Below are positions 1 to 13,035 of a stretch of 64,000 nt of DNA, in pieces (positions within the stretch are counted from its first letter, which is position 1; each line of letters starts with the position of its first letter). Both the position numbers and the translations under genes were made by a program. The stretch comes from Octopus sinensis. Lineage: Eukaryota. Where the stretch lies: positions 53,692,001 to 53,756,000 of the forward strand of contig NC_043001.1 of assembly GCF_006345805.1 (NCBI RefSeq). Direction: 5' to 3'. A model generated the notes under the pieces. That model was not told where the DNA came from. It saw nothing but the letters and a program-made list of their open reading frames with translations, and searched no databases.

Positions 1-3000
1 GTAAGACTTCGTACTTTATTTATTGTAGTTGCTTCCTTGCTTCTGTATTTAGTCTCTCATTGACTATAAGTAAAAATACTCTTAGTTTAATTTTTAATAT
101 TAAATAATAAATGATAATATAATAATGTTTTAAGAATTTCTTTGGAATAATATTCTTTAAAGAATTGTAATGAAAATATAGTTTATCCAACGAAACGAAA
201 TGAAAGGTGCACATTGATGGTCTAATTTATTAGATAACTGCACTTCTGGTAGGATTAACTGATTGAAAAGCATTAATTTTATAAATGTTTCATAATTTCA
301 GTCATATGAAATTGTGGTTCACTTATATTATAATATCATGATTGTATTTTTAATTCAAAATGCTTATATAAAATATCATTGCATGCTATGCATATCTACA
401 CATGCACCGCATATATATGTGCATCATAGTGTGCCCATAATTTCTATGTGTGCGGAAAGGTAAAATACCTCACTCATGGAATTGTGCCCTTAAGGCACAA
501 TAATCACTTTCATTCCTCTGTAGAAGTGATAATTTAACTGGGAAGAACGTGCTCGTTGTTTTGTAGCCAGCTTCTCTTTGTTGGAGAAAACAATGATACG
601 TAGTTAGTCGGAAAGATGAATAAACATTAGGTGATATGGCCCAATGATCCATATTTTCTAATATTCTCTGTAAAGATAAGAGTTACAATACATGCTCTTT
701 CAAACAAGGTAGTTTTTATGCGTTTCAGTGTCGAAATATGGGTCTTTAACACCATCTCCAATGTTTGTAAATACATCTGTCGTTCTTTTGTTGTCTAGCC
801 CTAAATAATCAATGTTGTATAGGTCGGCATTATTTCATATTACATTTCCTCATTTAAGACTCAAGAGAGTAGTCTAAGGAAAATATGGTTAGTAGGTATT
901 GTAGTAGCCTCACAATTTTCTCTGTATGTTTACGTGGTTCCACACGACCAGGTGGGGAATGTAAACTCGATTTGTTATGATAACTGCTGTACCGCTTCAA
1001 GAAAGGAGATGCAGCAGTAGTTAGCTCAGCTACTAAATAAATTTAATATTCGTGTTTTGTATTCGACTAATGGCTTCACTCATGACGGCATAATATTTAT
1101 GCGAATGCATTTTTATAGTTGTCTAAAGTGAGGTGAGTGGACGAGCTAGTATCCTGAGAATTGCCTTATAGTTTTTTAGAAGCAGCTATATTTTGACATA
1201 GAAGATGCATGATCCAACATATACTGCCTCTACCCATGATATCTCATATTACGGCATTGTCCCAGTTGCTGTTTCATTGTTTGAAATATATGTGTCAATC
1301 TAAGGAAATTCGGTTGCTATTTCTTGCTATTTAAGGTTATATTTTGAACGTTAATGATGATTTACTTTGTTTCCAGTCTTTATGTAATCACAGAAAGTAT
1401 TGTGTTAGGCATTTGATGCAGTAACAAACTCTGTCCTTCGCAGTTTCAAACTTTATCAAATATTCTCTCATATAACTCGTCTCGAGTGGAAATTGAAATT
1501 ATACGTATTTCTCAGTGTTCTATAATGAACTGGAATGCACAACACATGACGGACGTCTGGATTCTGGATACAAATAATTTGCTTACTATGGTATTATTTT
1601 CTGCACTAATTCTCAAGAGTACTCTAAGAACGATGTTGCAATATTCTGATCATTCTTTTCTCGGTCTTCTACTTTGGAACTATATTTCTTCTGCTTGTTT
1701 CTGGTGGTACTGTGTATTTGATGACATCTCTCATTTACCGCTTTTTTCTCAATAACGTTCTTCTCAACTACAACAAAATTCTTAACATATCGTGTTATTA
1801 ACTGCAAAATAAATATTTACTGACGGCAATGTGTAAATTGCACCCGTTTAATTTAAAAAGTGATTAGGTGAAGCACCAAAATATCTCTGATAACCTGCTT
1901 AGTACAATGTAATAATTTTTCGTACAATGTAATAACAGTTCTTAAATTTCTTTGTAAATCAATTAAACCAAATAGTATTATTTTCATAATGAAATTTGTT
2001 AGCACAAACTTAAAATTACATACAAGGGGAAAACATATATAGCACTGTTAGCGCAGATATTGATGAAAACGAACATATTTTATTTATGACTAAATATTCT
2101 AGGAAACAATGTATATATTTTATGTCTATATATCATGTCTCGAAATTGTGATTTCTCAACATGTAAAAATTATATGAACTTGACTACAAATAATACTATT
2201 TTCATATTTGTGCATGCAGTGTTTTAATGTACATTTCGATATACCATACGTATACTTTTCCTTGGTGTTGTCATATTGCTGTATGTAATGTATTAGTATT
2301 ATATCATGTTCAGATCAAGCTTTCATCTTAATTTTGTTTAGTGTTGTGTAACAAACATCCACATAACGTGCCGTTAAGTTTCAGATTTAAGAAATTTGTT
2401 AGCATTGGTGTAGAACATCGAGTATTTGCACCAATTATATTGAATTCATGTATAATTACTGTTAGTCCATTAATATTTGTTATGGCATTCATTCCCAATT
2501 TTTTATTTTTTAGCCTTCCATCCAATTTCACCAGGTGTTAAATCGGAATTTGGTTTAGAAAAGTTCTTCACTAAGATAGACATGATCTTGTTCTATAAGC
2601 ACTGGCTTTCTAGATATTTATTTCATTATTGCGAGGCAATATTGACACTTTTCACTCAATGAAAATTGGAGGAAATTAATAACAGGCATCTTTTGGTTTT
2701 AGAATAAATGTACAAACAGAATAAATAATATAAATATTAACAGTGAAACTATCAAGTGATATTTAAGATGAATAACAGCAAAAACAGCAATGTGAGCAAT
2801 AGTAGTAGTTCACACACCCGTGAGAGTTAACACAACAGCATCAATACAACAACAATGATCATTGTAACGATAAAAATAAAATAGCAGCTGAAATATTAAA
2901 TTTACAGTAGATGCATAAATAATAAAGAAATATCATCTGAAAATAAAGAGTGGAAACGGAGATACTGAATATATGCTGAGATGCAGACAATGATCGTGCA

Positions 3001-4489
3001 TATATTTTTAATCATTAATAGTAGAGATATATAACAAATGCATACTAGCACATTTGTAGACCACCACACAATACGGTAGATTAAGAGGATCGCTAAATTA
3101 TTTCACAGATATGTACAGGAAAATTGTTCCAGAATTTTACCTTGTAAGTTCAAATTTCACGCAAGCTACTGCTTACCACCAAAATATTAAGGAGATTTGA
3201 ATGAGGAAAAGGCAACCGCTTTTCATCCAACATCCTAAATGAATCTTTTAAAGAAGCACGATACTGAACGGAACAGTTTTAAAAGATTTAAACTTCTATG
3301 TTGACATTTAAAAGTAATCAAACATTTCTTAAACTCTTGGATAAATTGGGTAATGTGTCTTGAACACATACGTTGCCCTATTTCACGAGAATATGGAGAT
3401 CACGCAAATAATTACTGATTTCAAGATTTTAGCATAAATGTGTTACGTATTTCTCTCATCACAGAGAATAGATACCTATTATAGAAACGAATTTGATTAA
3501 AACCAAAATGCTTTGAATAATATACATATCAGCAAACCTAGAATGGATAATTAATTGAATAATGGATCGAATATGCACAAAATATACCATGTCAATCAGC
3601 TACACGGTGAATTCTCCCATATACACAAACAGTGATGGATAGACAGAGAGAAAAAGGGAAAGAGAGAGAGAGAGAGAGGGTTGTAAAATTAGATAATCAG
3701 AGCTGTCATACACATGCAGGTATTAGGCCGAAGAGTAATTTGGTTTCTACACAGTATAAACGAGTAAGTCAGTACAATACCTATTCCATCTGAATGTGAT
3801 GGTGAAACCTTTCTACTGATACTGGTACGCATTTTCAGCTGACTAGAATGGAGCAACGTTAAATGAATGTATATTCACAGTTGTTTCGATACTGTGGCAG
3901 ATTTGGCAATCTATAAGCTACGCCTGATATCAATATATTCCATAGTAATCCTTGTTGGCAACAACGAGGGAACCACCATATGATTGCTCAACTTATTTCA
4001 AATATTAGTCAAATCTCCGTCAAATTATATTCTTAAATTGTATTCTCCAAAAAGTAGAATATATTGATTTGAGTCAACATGAAATTTATCCAAGTCAATG
4101 ATGGGCTGGCCATTACTGAAATAACTTTCCATAGTGTTATTCAGTATGGTCGGAACTGGAGATTAACAATGACATCAACTACAGCAAAAACATTTGCAAA
4201 CAAATGTACCGGCCAATAATAATCTTACAGTGTCAATACAGGAGTCATTTCTCAGTAGGATGTTCGTGTTTATTTCATTTTCGTTTTCTGCCTTTCATAT
4301 CCTCACAGATGTCATACGCAAACGGACATTTCCCTGAAATTATTGATCATTTGGCACTTATACTTAGAATTATATAATTTGTTCTCTATCTTAAATGTTA
4401 TAGCAATTTCAATTGGTCATACCTATATTCTCTTAGCAGTAGTTCCTGCTTATGCATCATTTAAGGTTTTCAGTAAACATGAATATTTT

Positions 4490-5245
4490 AATGCATCATC
4501 ATCATAACCTTCATCATCATCATCATCAGCAGCAGCAGCAGCATCATAATCATCATCATTTAACGTCTGATATCCATGCTATTACAGCTAAAATGGTATC
4601 TTCAGTTTGATAACATTCCTAAGTGTACTGGGGCTGTTTTTTCGTGCCACAGTCACTGGTGAGGTTGCCATATAAGTTACAAAACCGAAAAGAATAGAAA
4701 AAGTTAAAAGGAGAAAGACCCTCCGACTACAAAGAAGTATTGGGTGGGGTCGATGGAGGTAGGTGTCTGTGTGCCAAGTGCTGGAAGGTTAAAGAATGAT
4801 AGACCGACAAGATCAAGTGCCTCGCTATAGTGAATATATATGCCTAAAGGAGAAAGATGGAAGGCAGTGAGGAGGTTGCTACCCCAAGTTCTCAAGGAAC
4901 AAGGTGGACAAAAGAGAGTACACGGATCGTGGATGATGGGAGGAGATGAGGCTGGAGTAGGTTAATTGAGTGATGAACAAGAGTTAGGGTCCAGACGCTG
5001 GGAAATACCAGTATCCAGAGCGGTAATGTGGAAAATATAGAAATGGCCAGGGAAGGAGAATAGAACAGAATATTTTAGAATGATGTGCAAAGTGTAAGAG
5101 TTGTAGAGAGTGAGATACAGGGGCACATAAGGAGCTATAGTATGTGGATTATGCTAGTATGTATGAGGACATTGATAATAATAGTAGATGAGGGAGTTGT
5201 TTACAATATCAAAAGGGGAAAAGAGCAGCGGCTCAAGACCAATTT
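4490..5245 (-). mobile_element. Old LINE 3' remnants: (CAT/CAG)n tail with an RTE-like tip at 4490-4600, and a CR1/L2-like C-terminus at about 4850-5245
   Basis: CATCATCATTTAACGTCTGATATCCATGCT resembles the reverse complement of an RTE 3' end. The purine-rich block reads on the minus strand like SLxYxYY..FFP..LW..FP. Confidence 0.4.
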
Positions 5246-5342
5246 GCGCAATAAAATAAAAGATCCTTTTTATGTAAAATAAAAGCTTTATAATACTTCA
5301 TCCTAATATATCATCATAATATAATAATATATGGACTTTGCG

Positions 5343-5741
5343 AAGGGGGTGAGCTTGTAGAAACGTTAGCACGCCGGGCGAAAAGCTAAGTGGTGTTTCG
5401 TCTGCCGCTACGTTCTGAGTTCAAATTCCGCCGAGGTCGACTTTGCCTTTCATTCTTTCGTGGTCGATTAAATAAATACCAGTTACGCACTGGTGTCGAT
5501 ATAATCGACTTAATCCGTTTGCCTGTCCTCGTTTGTCCTCTCTGTGTTTAGTCCCGTGTGAGTAGTAAAAAATAGGTATTTCGTTTGTCTTTACGTTCTG
5601 AAGTCAAATTACGCCATGGTCGACTTTACCTTTCGGGGTCGATAAATTAAGTGCGAGCTTGTTGCGTATGAGTTGGTCAATCTAATAGACTGGCTCCCTT
5701 CACAAAAATCTTAGGCCTTGTGCCTAGAGTTGAAACGAATA
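5343..5741 (+). mobile_element. tRNA-derived SINE family A, dimeric copy
   Basis: B-box GTTCAAATTCC followed by GAGGTCGACTTTGCCTTTCAT core, which is repeated at about 5594. Ends GCCTTGTGCCTAGAG. Matches the copies at 13706, 38994 and 41100. Confidence 0.85.
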
Positions 5742-6398
5742 TATAGATGTTGCTATACTTTGATCGTATCTTTTTTCCTCTTTACTCTTAATGTCCATTT
5801 AGATTTCATTTAAGCGTCCTCTGTTTCTATTGTAAGTCCCTTTAACTGATAACTTTCTGGGCATTTACCACTATCATGATAACTTCTTCTGAGATGTGTT
5901 CCTTTATTAAAGTTTGAGGGGATGTCTGACAATATTTAGTTTATGATTAGCAGCTAGAACTTAACTATCAAATCCAAGTGGTTTTAAATTATCTAATGCA
6001 GCTAGTATACTGCGTCTACTAGCTGCATTAGATCATTTGATGGTGATAAGGAGTAGATAAAAAAAACATTTACTATCTCTTGACCCTCACTGTGATCATC
6101 ATCTGCCACTCCAAAATTGTAGTTTGTGTATTTATTTCTCTCAAAGATAATTCTGCTACAAAAGTAGCAGCATAGAATTCTTTCATTCTCTAGTTCTGAT
6201 GAAATATTTACTAAAAATTATAATGGAGTATCTTGTTTGTTAAAAACCTATATTTTTGAATCCGAATATGGTGGCATTTTTTTGAAATTGATGTAATACA
6301 TGCATTGATTGATTAAATGGAGCCGCCTGAAACGGTCGTAATGCATAAATACCTTCACATCCTTGTTACTTCTTTGCCTTACATATATATATATATAT

Positions 6399-6553
6399 AG
6401 GCGTAGGAGTGGCAAGTAGCTTGCTTACTAACCACATGATTCTGGTTTCAGTCCCGCTGCGTAGTGACTTGAGCAACTGTCTTATACCATAGCCTCGAGC
6501 CAAGCAAATCGCTGTGAGTGGATTTGGTACACAGAAACTAAAAGAAGCCCGTC

Positions 6554-6609
<56 letters not shown>

Positions 6610-6813
6610 TTGTGTGGGGAGATGCTGTGTTTGGGTGTCTGTGTTTGTCCCCCCAACATCGCTTGACAACCGATGTCGGTGTGTTTACGTCACCGTAACT
6701 AAGCGTTTTGGCATAAGTACTAAGCTTACAAAGAATAAGTCCTGAGGCCGATTTGTTCGACTAAAGGCGGTGCTCCAGCATGGCCGCAGCCAAATGACTG
6801 AAACAAATAAAAG
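6399..6813 (+). mobile_element. tRNA-derived SINE family B with internal (TA)n(TG)n
   Basis: Head GGCGTAGGAGTGGC..GGTTTCAGTCCC, GTGAGTGGATTTGGT core, GGCGGTGCTCCAGCATGGCCGCAG, tail AATGACTGAAACAAATAAAAGA. Confidence 0.85.
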
Positions 6814-6835
6814 AATATACATATATATATATATA

Positions 6836-8001
6836 CTAGCATTATAGAGCTGTCGTTGCCGGGTCATAGTGCTAGTGCATGTATATATGTGTATATATAT
6901 ATGTGTACATATTACATGTACATCTATATATATACATCTACACATAAAATACAAAATACAAAGTTATATCTTGATATCGCTAGTGATAACAATACTCAAA
7001 ATATATAACAGACCGGAATTGTTAGCCCGTCTCTTGTAATTTCGATCAATTGTATCTTGTCCTCCTTCCTGTATAGAAGTGTGGCTACAATCCAGCTTAC
7101 CTCTACTTCTGGGGGGGGGGGGATTTAAACAATTTTTTTCCGGGACGTCCTACGTCCCAAATATAAAGGTAAAAATAAAATATTTCCACTTTGCAAGTTC
7201 GAGTCGAGCACTCCCTTGCACGCTCCGTTGACTCGAACCTTGCTTCTACTGTAGCGAATTTACCCCCATGATTAGATATCTTTCATGGTCGCACCAAGAC
7301 ACTTTTCAAAGGTGCTTTCCTCCATGTGTTCAAATCTTCTTTTTTCTCTACATTGTATATTTTATAGACAATAGTCTTTTCTTTAATTCAATTTTTTATT
7401 ATCCATCTGGTCTATTCCATTTCTGCACGCTAATTTTATTTTTAATTTATTCCCATTCAAGTGAAACCACTTATTGAAGTTCAAGTAATTGATGCAATTG
7501 TATACCAATTGCTATTTTTACTTTTGTTATGTTACGATTATATTATACTTTAGTTTGATTTTAATTATTACTTACTACATATAATTCAATTGTTATTATT
7601 ATTCTTACTGTTAAAGTGAAAGTATCTGACATAAAATAGAGAAATGTTTTTGTTTAAATTTTAACACATAATACTGAAATAGTGGAGAAGATATGATATT
7701 GCTATGGGCTCGCTCTAGGCAAGAAGTTGAACATTTTGTTTTGCCCATGAAACTACCTGGATCCTAAGTAAGGCATGTGTAAAATTTGTAAAAGGGTATC
7801 GTAGTGGCGAAGATATGATATTGTTGTGGGCTCGCTTCAGGCAAAAAGTTTTTTAAAATTTTTACCGATGACACTCCCCGTACCCTAAGTAGGGCATGTG
7901 TAAAATCTGAATGAAATTCGTTGTGTAGTTCTCATGTTTTAGGGAAACACACAGACAGACAGACACACACACACTCATTCTCAGTTTTATATATATAAAG
8001 A
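6836..8001 (-). mobile_element. Non-autonomous Helitron
   Basis: On the minus strand it begins A|TCTTTATATATATAAAACTGAGAATG and ends with a degenerate hairpin then CTAG|T. Shares 7612-8001 with the copy at 38218-38469. Confidence 0.7.
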
Positions 8002-9058
8002 TATATACTCTTTCCTCCACCTCACTCTGTATTTTGTATCACATCTAATCTAACTATGACTTAATTTTTCCTCTTACACCGTCTCCGATGTATTAATAAT
8101 ATCCTAGAAACAGCTGTAAGACCTTCTATCTATAAATGCTCTAATATCCATACAGCCTTGGTTTTTATGTTATTAGGCAGAAAATTCTTATATATATAAA
8201 TAAGAATGAGAAAGAGAGATGCATACATACATATACGCATACATATTAGGCCAATTTGTATCACCAGACATGAGGTAACACTTTGTAATTTCGAACGAAT
8301 TACGCTGAGTTAATCCCGTGCTCCAAAATCTCTGATTCCGTACTTGATTCCAATGTTTAAGATATAGTTATCTTTGTATACACATAACTCTTCATTGTTT
8401 TCTGTGACAAGAGCATCCAATATATGGTATTAGGATAAATATAGTCCACATCACCTTTTTTTATTTTTATTTCCATGATTTTAAGATCAGAAAACCATTG
8501 TATTCCTTTTCTTATATCGAAAATGTTAACTACAACACGAAATTCATTTTATCTTGCAATATTTTATTTTAACTTCATCTTTTCCTGTCACAGTATCATT
8601 ATTTTTAGTTTATGTCTGGACAGCTGCTCCCCGGATAACCACCCCCTGAGAAGAATTGATTATTTATTGTTATAATTATTAATTATATTGTTAGTGAACG
8701 AGGTAATTCTATGCAATATTGCTGGAATAATTATGGTAATAGGAAATATCGTATAATTGAATATTTTTTCTTCTCCGTAAACATGAAATTTTAAAAGAAA
8801 AGCCTATTTACACTTATTAGAACTTCAAATATTGTAATGTTTCTTAATCTTAGTTTAATTTGAGAGTTTCACCAAGAGACAAGTATTCATGCAGAAATTA
8901 TCGAGAGACTGTGGTCTTCGGGAGCAATTATCCGAACGCATATTGTTTGGATGCTGCTTTATTAGCTAGCATTTTAGTGATTCTAGCATTAAATTTAATT
9001 CCAATCATATACCGTTTATTACGTGATAGAACTACAACTCCCATTTTGATACGAGTAA

Positions 9059-9126
<68 letters not shown>

Positions 9127-10054
9127 GTGTATGTGTGTGTGTGTGTCACGTGTATATAAATAACTGCCGAAATGTATATGGTAAGTTACAAATAAAATGA
9201 TGATTTATTTCCGAACGCAGATGCACTTGCTGAATTACCCCTAAAAAGCGGAAACTTTTGTCAACAAGCAGTTATGGGGTACGAACTAATATTTCGTTAG
9301 GATTTAGTCCAAGTGCTTTAAAATTAAGCTACACAGCCCGCCATGAAATTAATCTACTTTTTAAAAGTACAACCTCTTTTATAAGAATATGAACAAGCAT
9401 TTGTTTTTTGTAAGCGTCGAAATCTATATCGTAAGATACAAAGAAGATGATAATGTATTGGATAAATTACCCTTAAATAGCGAGAAAATTGACTCGAACC
9501 AACATCTCTTGAAGCAGATTAATTTGTCGGTGGTCAGTTTAGCTTAATGGTAAAGAACTTGGCCGGAGCCTTCATGAGACATGGGGTTTTCCACTTTCTA
9601 AATCTAATTTATCCACTGTTTCCGCTGTTCTATCGACGATTCTGCATTCAAAAATAAATTAATACCTTATTTCTATCTTACACTACACATTTCGGTGCTC
9701 ATACACACACAAATGTTAGTTTGTTTATAGTTATGTACACTAGTGAAGATTTTACCCCTGCATGATCGCAGGTCTCAAGCTAAATCTAGCTCTGTGGGGG
9801 GGGGGGGCATGTGTGTGGGTGTGTTTTTGTGTGTGTGTGTATATGCTACTCGTCTTATGCCATTTACTTAGCAAGATACGGTACGCAACACCACATGTAT
9901 GAAATGGATTTGATTTCTGGAAATTGTTATTATACTTCAATCGAGATGTCAACTTAATACAACCTACTTAATTCATGAACGAGTTGTGATGAAATTAATC
10001 ATGCGCTCATTAGTTTACTACCTCACTTTTAACCTAGTTTTATTCGGATCAATG

Positions 10055-13035
10055 TACTTGTACTTGTAGCGACATTCACCCTGGGCGAGTTGAGTCGGCT
10101 TCTTCTACCACCCTCGAGTCATCTCGAGCCATGGTTGCCCACGCACGACGACCCTGCGCCAGTTCACTGGAGATATCGAGCCAGTCACGGTTCCATCGGC
10201 GCAGGCCGACCACCTGCGGCCCCGTGAGCACGGAGATGTCCTCTTTGGTCGTCGTAACTCAGGTCTTCAGCTGCCCGCCCGCGCGTTTCCGCCAGTTGGG
10301 AAGTGGAGTTGGGAGAAGGACATCACGGCTCAGTTCACCCACCGGACGCCTACATGCATGCCCAAACCACCGCAAGCGCCGTTGCAGAAAGACAGATGGC
10401 TGCAACCTGACTGTCTAGGATCACCGTTGAGCCCAAGTAGACGAAAGACTCCACATCCTCCAGGTCCTCGCCCGCGAGAGATATTGGCTGCCAGATGTCA
10501 GTCGGAAGAAACGACCTCATCACTTTCGACTTGGTGGCATTGCTTCAGAGACCAACCGCGGCTGCTGCCGTTTGAACCCCTTCGAGAGCCGCTCGAACAT
10601 CTTCCTGCTTGCACCCATCAGTACGATGTCGTCCGCGTAGGCCAGATCCGTCACCGCGACTCCTCTGCTAACCTCTACGCACCGGTAGTCTCGGAGGTCG
10701 GTGTTGAGAACGTAGTCAATGGCGAAGTTGAAGAGGGTTGGCGACAGCGCGCACCCCTGCCGCACACCTGTCCGAACATCAAACGGCGCTTCTCTGGGAT
10801 ACCGTCCGCCGGCATTATGCGCCACAGGGCCTCTCGATCTACCGAATCAAAGGCAGCAGCGAAGTCGATGAAGCATAGCACAGTAGGCTGCTGGTATGCC
10901 CACCGTTGTTCCAGAACACGCCGGAGGTTGAAGATTTGAGCGACACACCCTCTTCCCGGACGGAAGCCACCCTGAGAAAGGCGGGTACGGACATCACGGA
11001 CGGTCTGGAACCTCTTCAGCAGAAGAATTGCGAAGGATTTGGCAGCAACATCGATAAGGCTGATGCCCCTATAGTTTGAGCACAGTTTTTTGTCGCCGTT
11101 TTTGAAGAACGACAGGAGGGTTGCATCACTCCAGTTCTCAGAAAAACGCTCTGTCACCCACACCGCGGAGAAGACTCAATGGAGCCAGGATGCGAAGACA
11201 TCTGGCTCGGCTTTGTACACCTCTGCTGGAATACCATCTTCGCCTGGTGCTTTGTTAATCCAGAGACGAGTCAGGACACCGCGTACCTCCTCGACCGTTG
11301 GAGGAGCAGTGTTGTAACCGTAGTCGTCCCCAGTTGGCTGCACGAATGAAGATGGTGGCGTATGGTTGAGCTGCTCGGAGCAGTTGTCCCGCCACCGATC
11401 CCGCCGGTCACTAAGATTCGTAATGACCCGCCATTCCGATCACGGATCGTCTCACTGATTGCCTAGGCTAGCCTGTTTCACCAGCTGGTAGAGTTTGCGC
11501 GAGTCACCACAGGCTACAGCCCCTTCCGTCAGCTCTGCGAATTCACGCCAGTGTGCATTTCGATCGACCCGGATGGCCCTCGAGGCGCATCGTCGCAGAT
11601 CTCGAAAATTTCGTGCACCCTCTAGTCGAGCCACTCTCGCCCTCTCAGCGAGTTCAAGAGTGTCGCTGGAGATCCAGTCCCGATGCGCCGTCTGGTTGAC
11701 CCAAGATGCTTCCCGGCCACCTCAGTCGTCGCCGTCTTGAGTGCGCTCCATTCCTGCTCCGGTTGTTGAACCAACTCGTCGCGATGCCGAAAATGGTTCC
11801 CAGCCTCGAGTTTGAAACGCGAGACATCGATCCTCTTCTGACGCGTAGGAGGAGGTCTCGCCTACAGCCTGCGACGGAGGGTCGCCCAAACAAGAGTATG
11901 GTCTGATCCAAGCTGACTGCCCGTGTCAGCCCCCCGGAACGCCCGAGAGTCCATCACCGAGTAGGCCCAACGCGATCTGATTGGCCGTTCTCCCATCATT
12001 GGAACGCTATGTGATGAGATGACGTCGCGGATGTTGAAAGCGAGTGTTGGTGAGGATAAGACGATTAGCCTCCGCAAAAGACACGAGCCGTTCACCATTG
12101 TCACAGCGAGTACCTAGGGCCAAGCATCCCAAAATGTGCCGTTTTGTATCGTCAGCAGGTCCGGTCCGAGCGTTCTAGTCCCCAGTAACAATAAGAACAT
12201 CACAGGAAAGAACATCATCCACCGCTGTCTGAAGATCTGCGGAGAACCGCGTCTTGTCCACATCGTCTGCATTGAGAGTGGGAGCATACACAGCGATGAC
12301 GCTGACGTTCGAGATTTGACCCTTCAATCGAACCCGTGCGAGTCAATGCGAGATTGGCAAAGCCGCTTGCGCGTCAGGGCTGAGCGATATAGCCACCCCA
12401 TGGAAGCCAATGTTATCAGCCGCAACACTGTGATACAGATGGTAGGTGAATTCTTCGCCGGGGACTTTGATCGGAAGATGGCCGACGTCCGCAAGCCGCA
12501 CCTCTGAAAGACAAGCAACGGCCACGCGGTGCCTGGACACCGTCGTCACGAATTGTTCTGACGTTCCAACACGTTACTCTCAGGTCCCTTCAACGCCGAA
12601 ATAGCGGAAGAGCAATAGAAGGGTTTGGGTAGATTTGTATAATACTGGAAGCAGCTGTAGCAGCAGCAGTAGTAGTCGAGTGAGAATTCGCCATTGTATT
12701 CGCCATTGAGAATTCATGGAAAAAGTTTCGTGAGAATATGTGAATTTCACAAGCGGTCCCCAACAATCCAGCATGTAGAGACATCCTGTTTGCCGCAGAT
12801 TGTTCGGAGACGCAGGGACAGAACGACAGAGGAGCCGCCGGTTGTGACCCTAATACCACTCGGTGTCAGACCAATCCGCCTTGGGTGGCCCTACCAGGAA
12901 CCGAAGTTCCCGACGGCATAGCTCTGACACTACCCGTTACCAGCGTCCCCACCACGGTGACGAGGGAATGGACTTTGGGGACGCCACTACCCGTTGCCAG
13001 CGTCCCCACCACAGTGAGGAGGGGATGGATTTTGG
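10055..13035 (-). mobile_element. RTE-clade non-LTR retrotransposon (APE endonuclease + RT), near full length, disrupted by internal deletions and frameshifts
   Basis: Minus-strand translation gives APE motifs (LRVTCWNVRTI, VACLSEVR, VYAPT, GSDHTLV) and RT motifs (NYRGISLIDVAAK, QGGFRPGRGC, FIDFAAAFDSVDR, GVRQGCALSPTLFN, LAYADD). Short (TACAAG)n tail at 10055-10068. RTE-type 5'UTR (GAGCTATG..CCTGGTAGGG..CACCCAAG). GGATCAATG occurs at both 10046-10054 and 13036-13044, consistent with a TSD. Confidence 0.95.

Noticed and set aside
1119-1132. 14-nt micro-exon (TTTTATAG|..|GTGAGT); a similar 9-nt case lies near 29805
   Set aside because: Such signals arise by chance in 64 kb of AT-rich DNA, and there are no partner exons to support a gene.
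1250-1660. AFDAV peptide suggesting an ancient LINE RT
   Set aside because: Only one short motif is discernible and the other RT motifs cannot be placed in register.
6190-6230. Other CTGANGA heptamers (6196, 21034, 32060, 38655) as hammerhead cores
   Set aside because: None has the GAAA, stem and UH elements in register.
9221-9345. PKKRKL NLS-like peptide after an AG acceptor
   Set aside because: The PKKRKL frame has a stop three codons upstream, and the frames that open at the acceptor do not contain it.
9532-9605. tRNA-like D-arm TAGCTTAATGGTAAAG
   Set aside because: No T-arm (GTTC) or acceptor pairing; at best a decayed SINE head.
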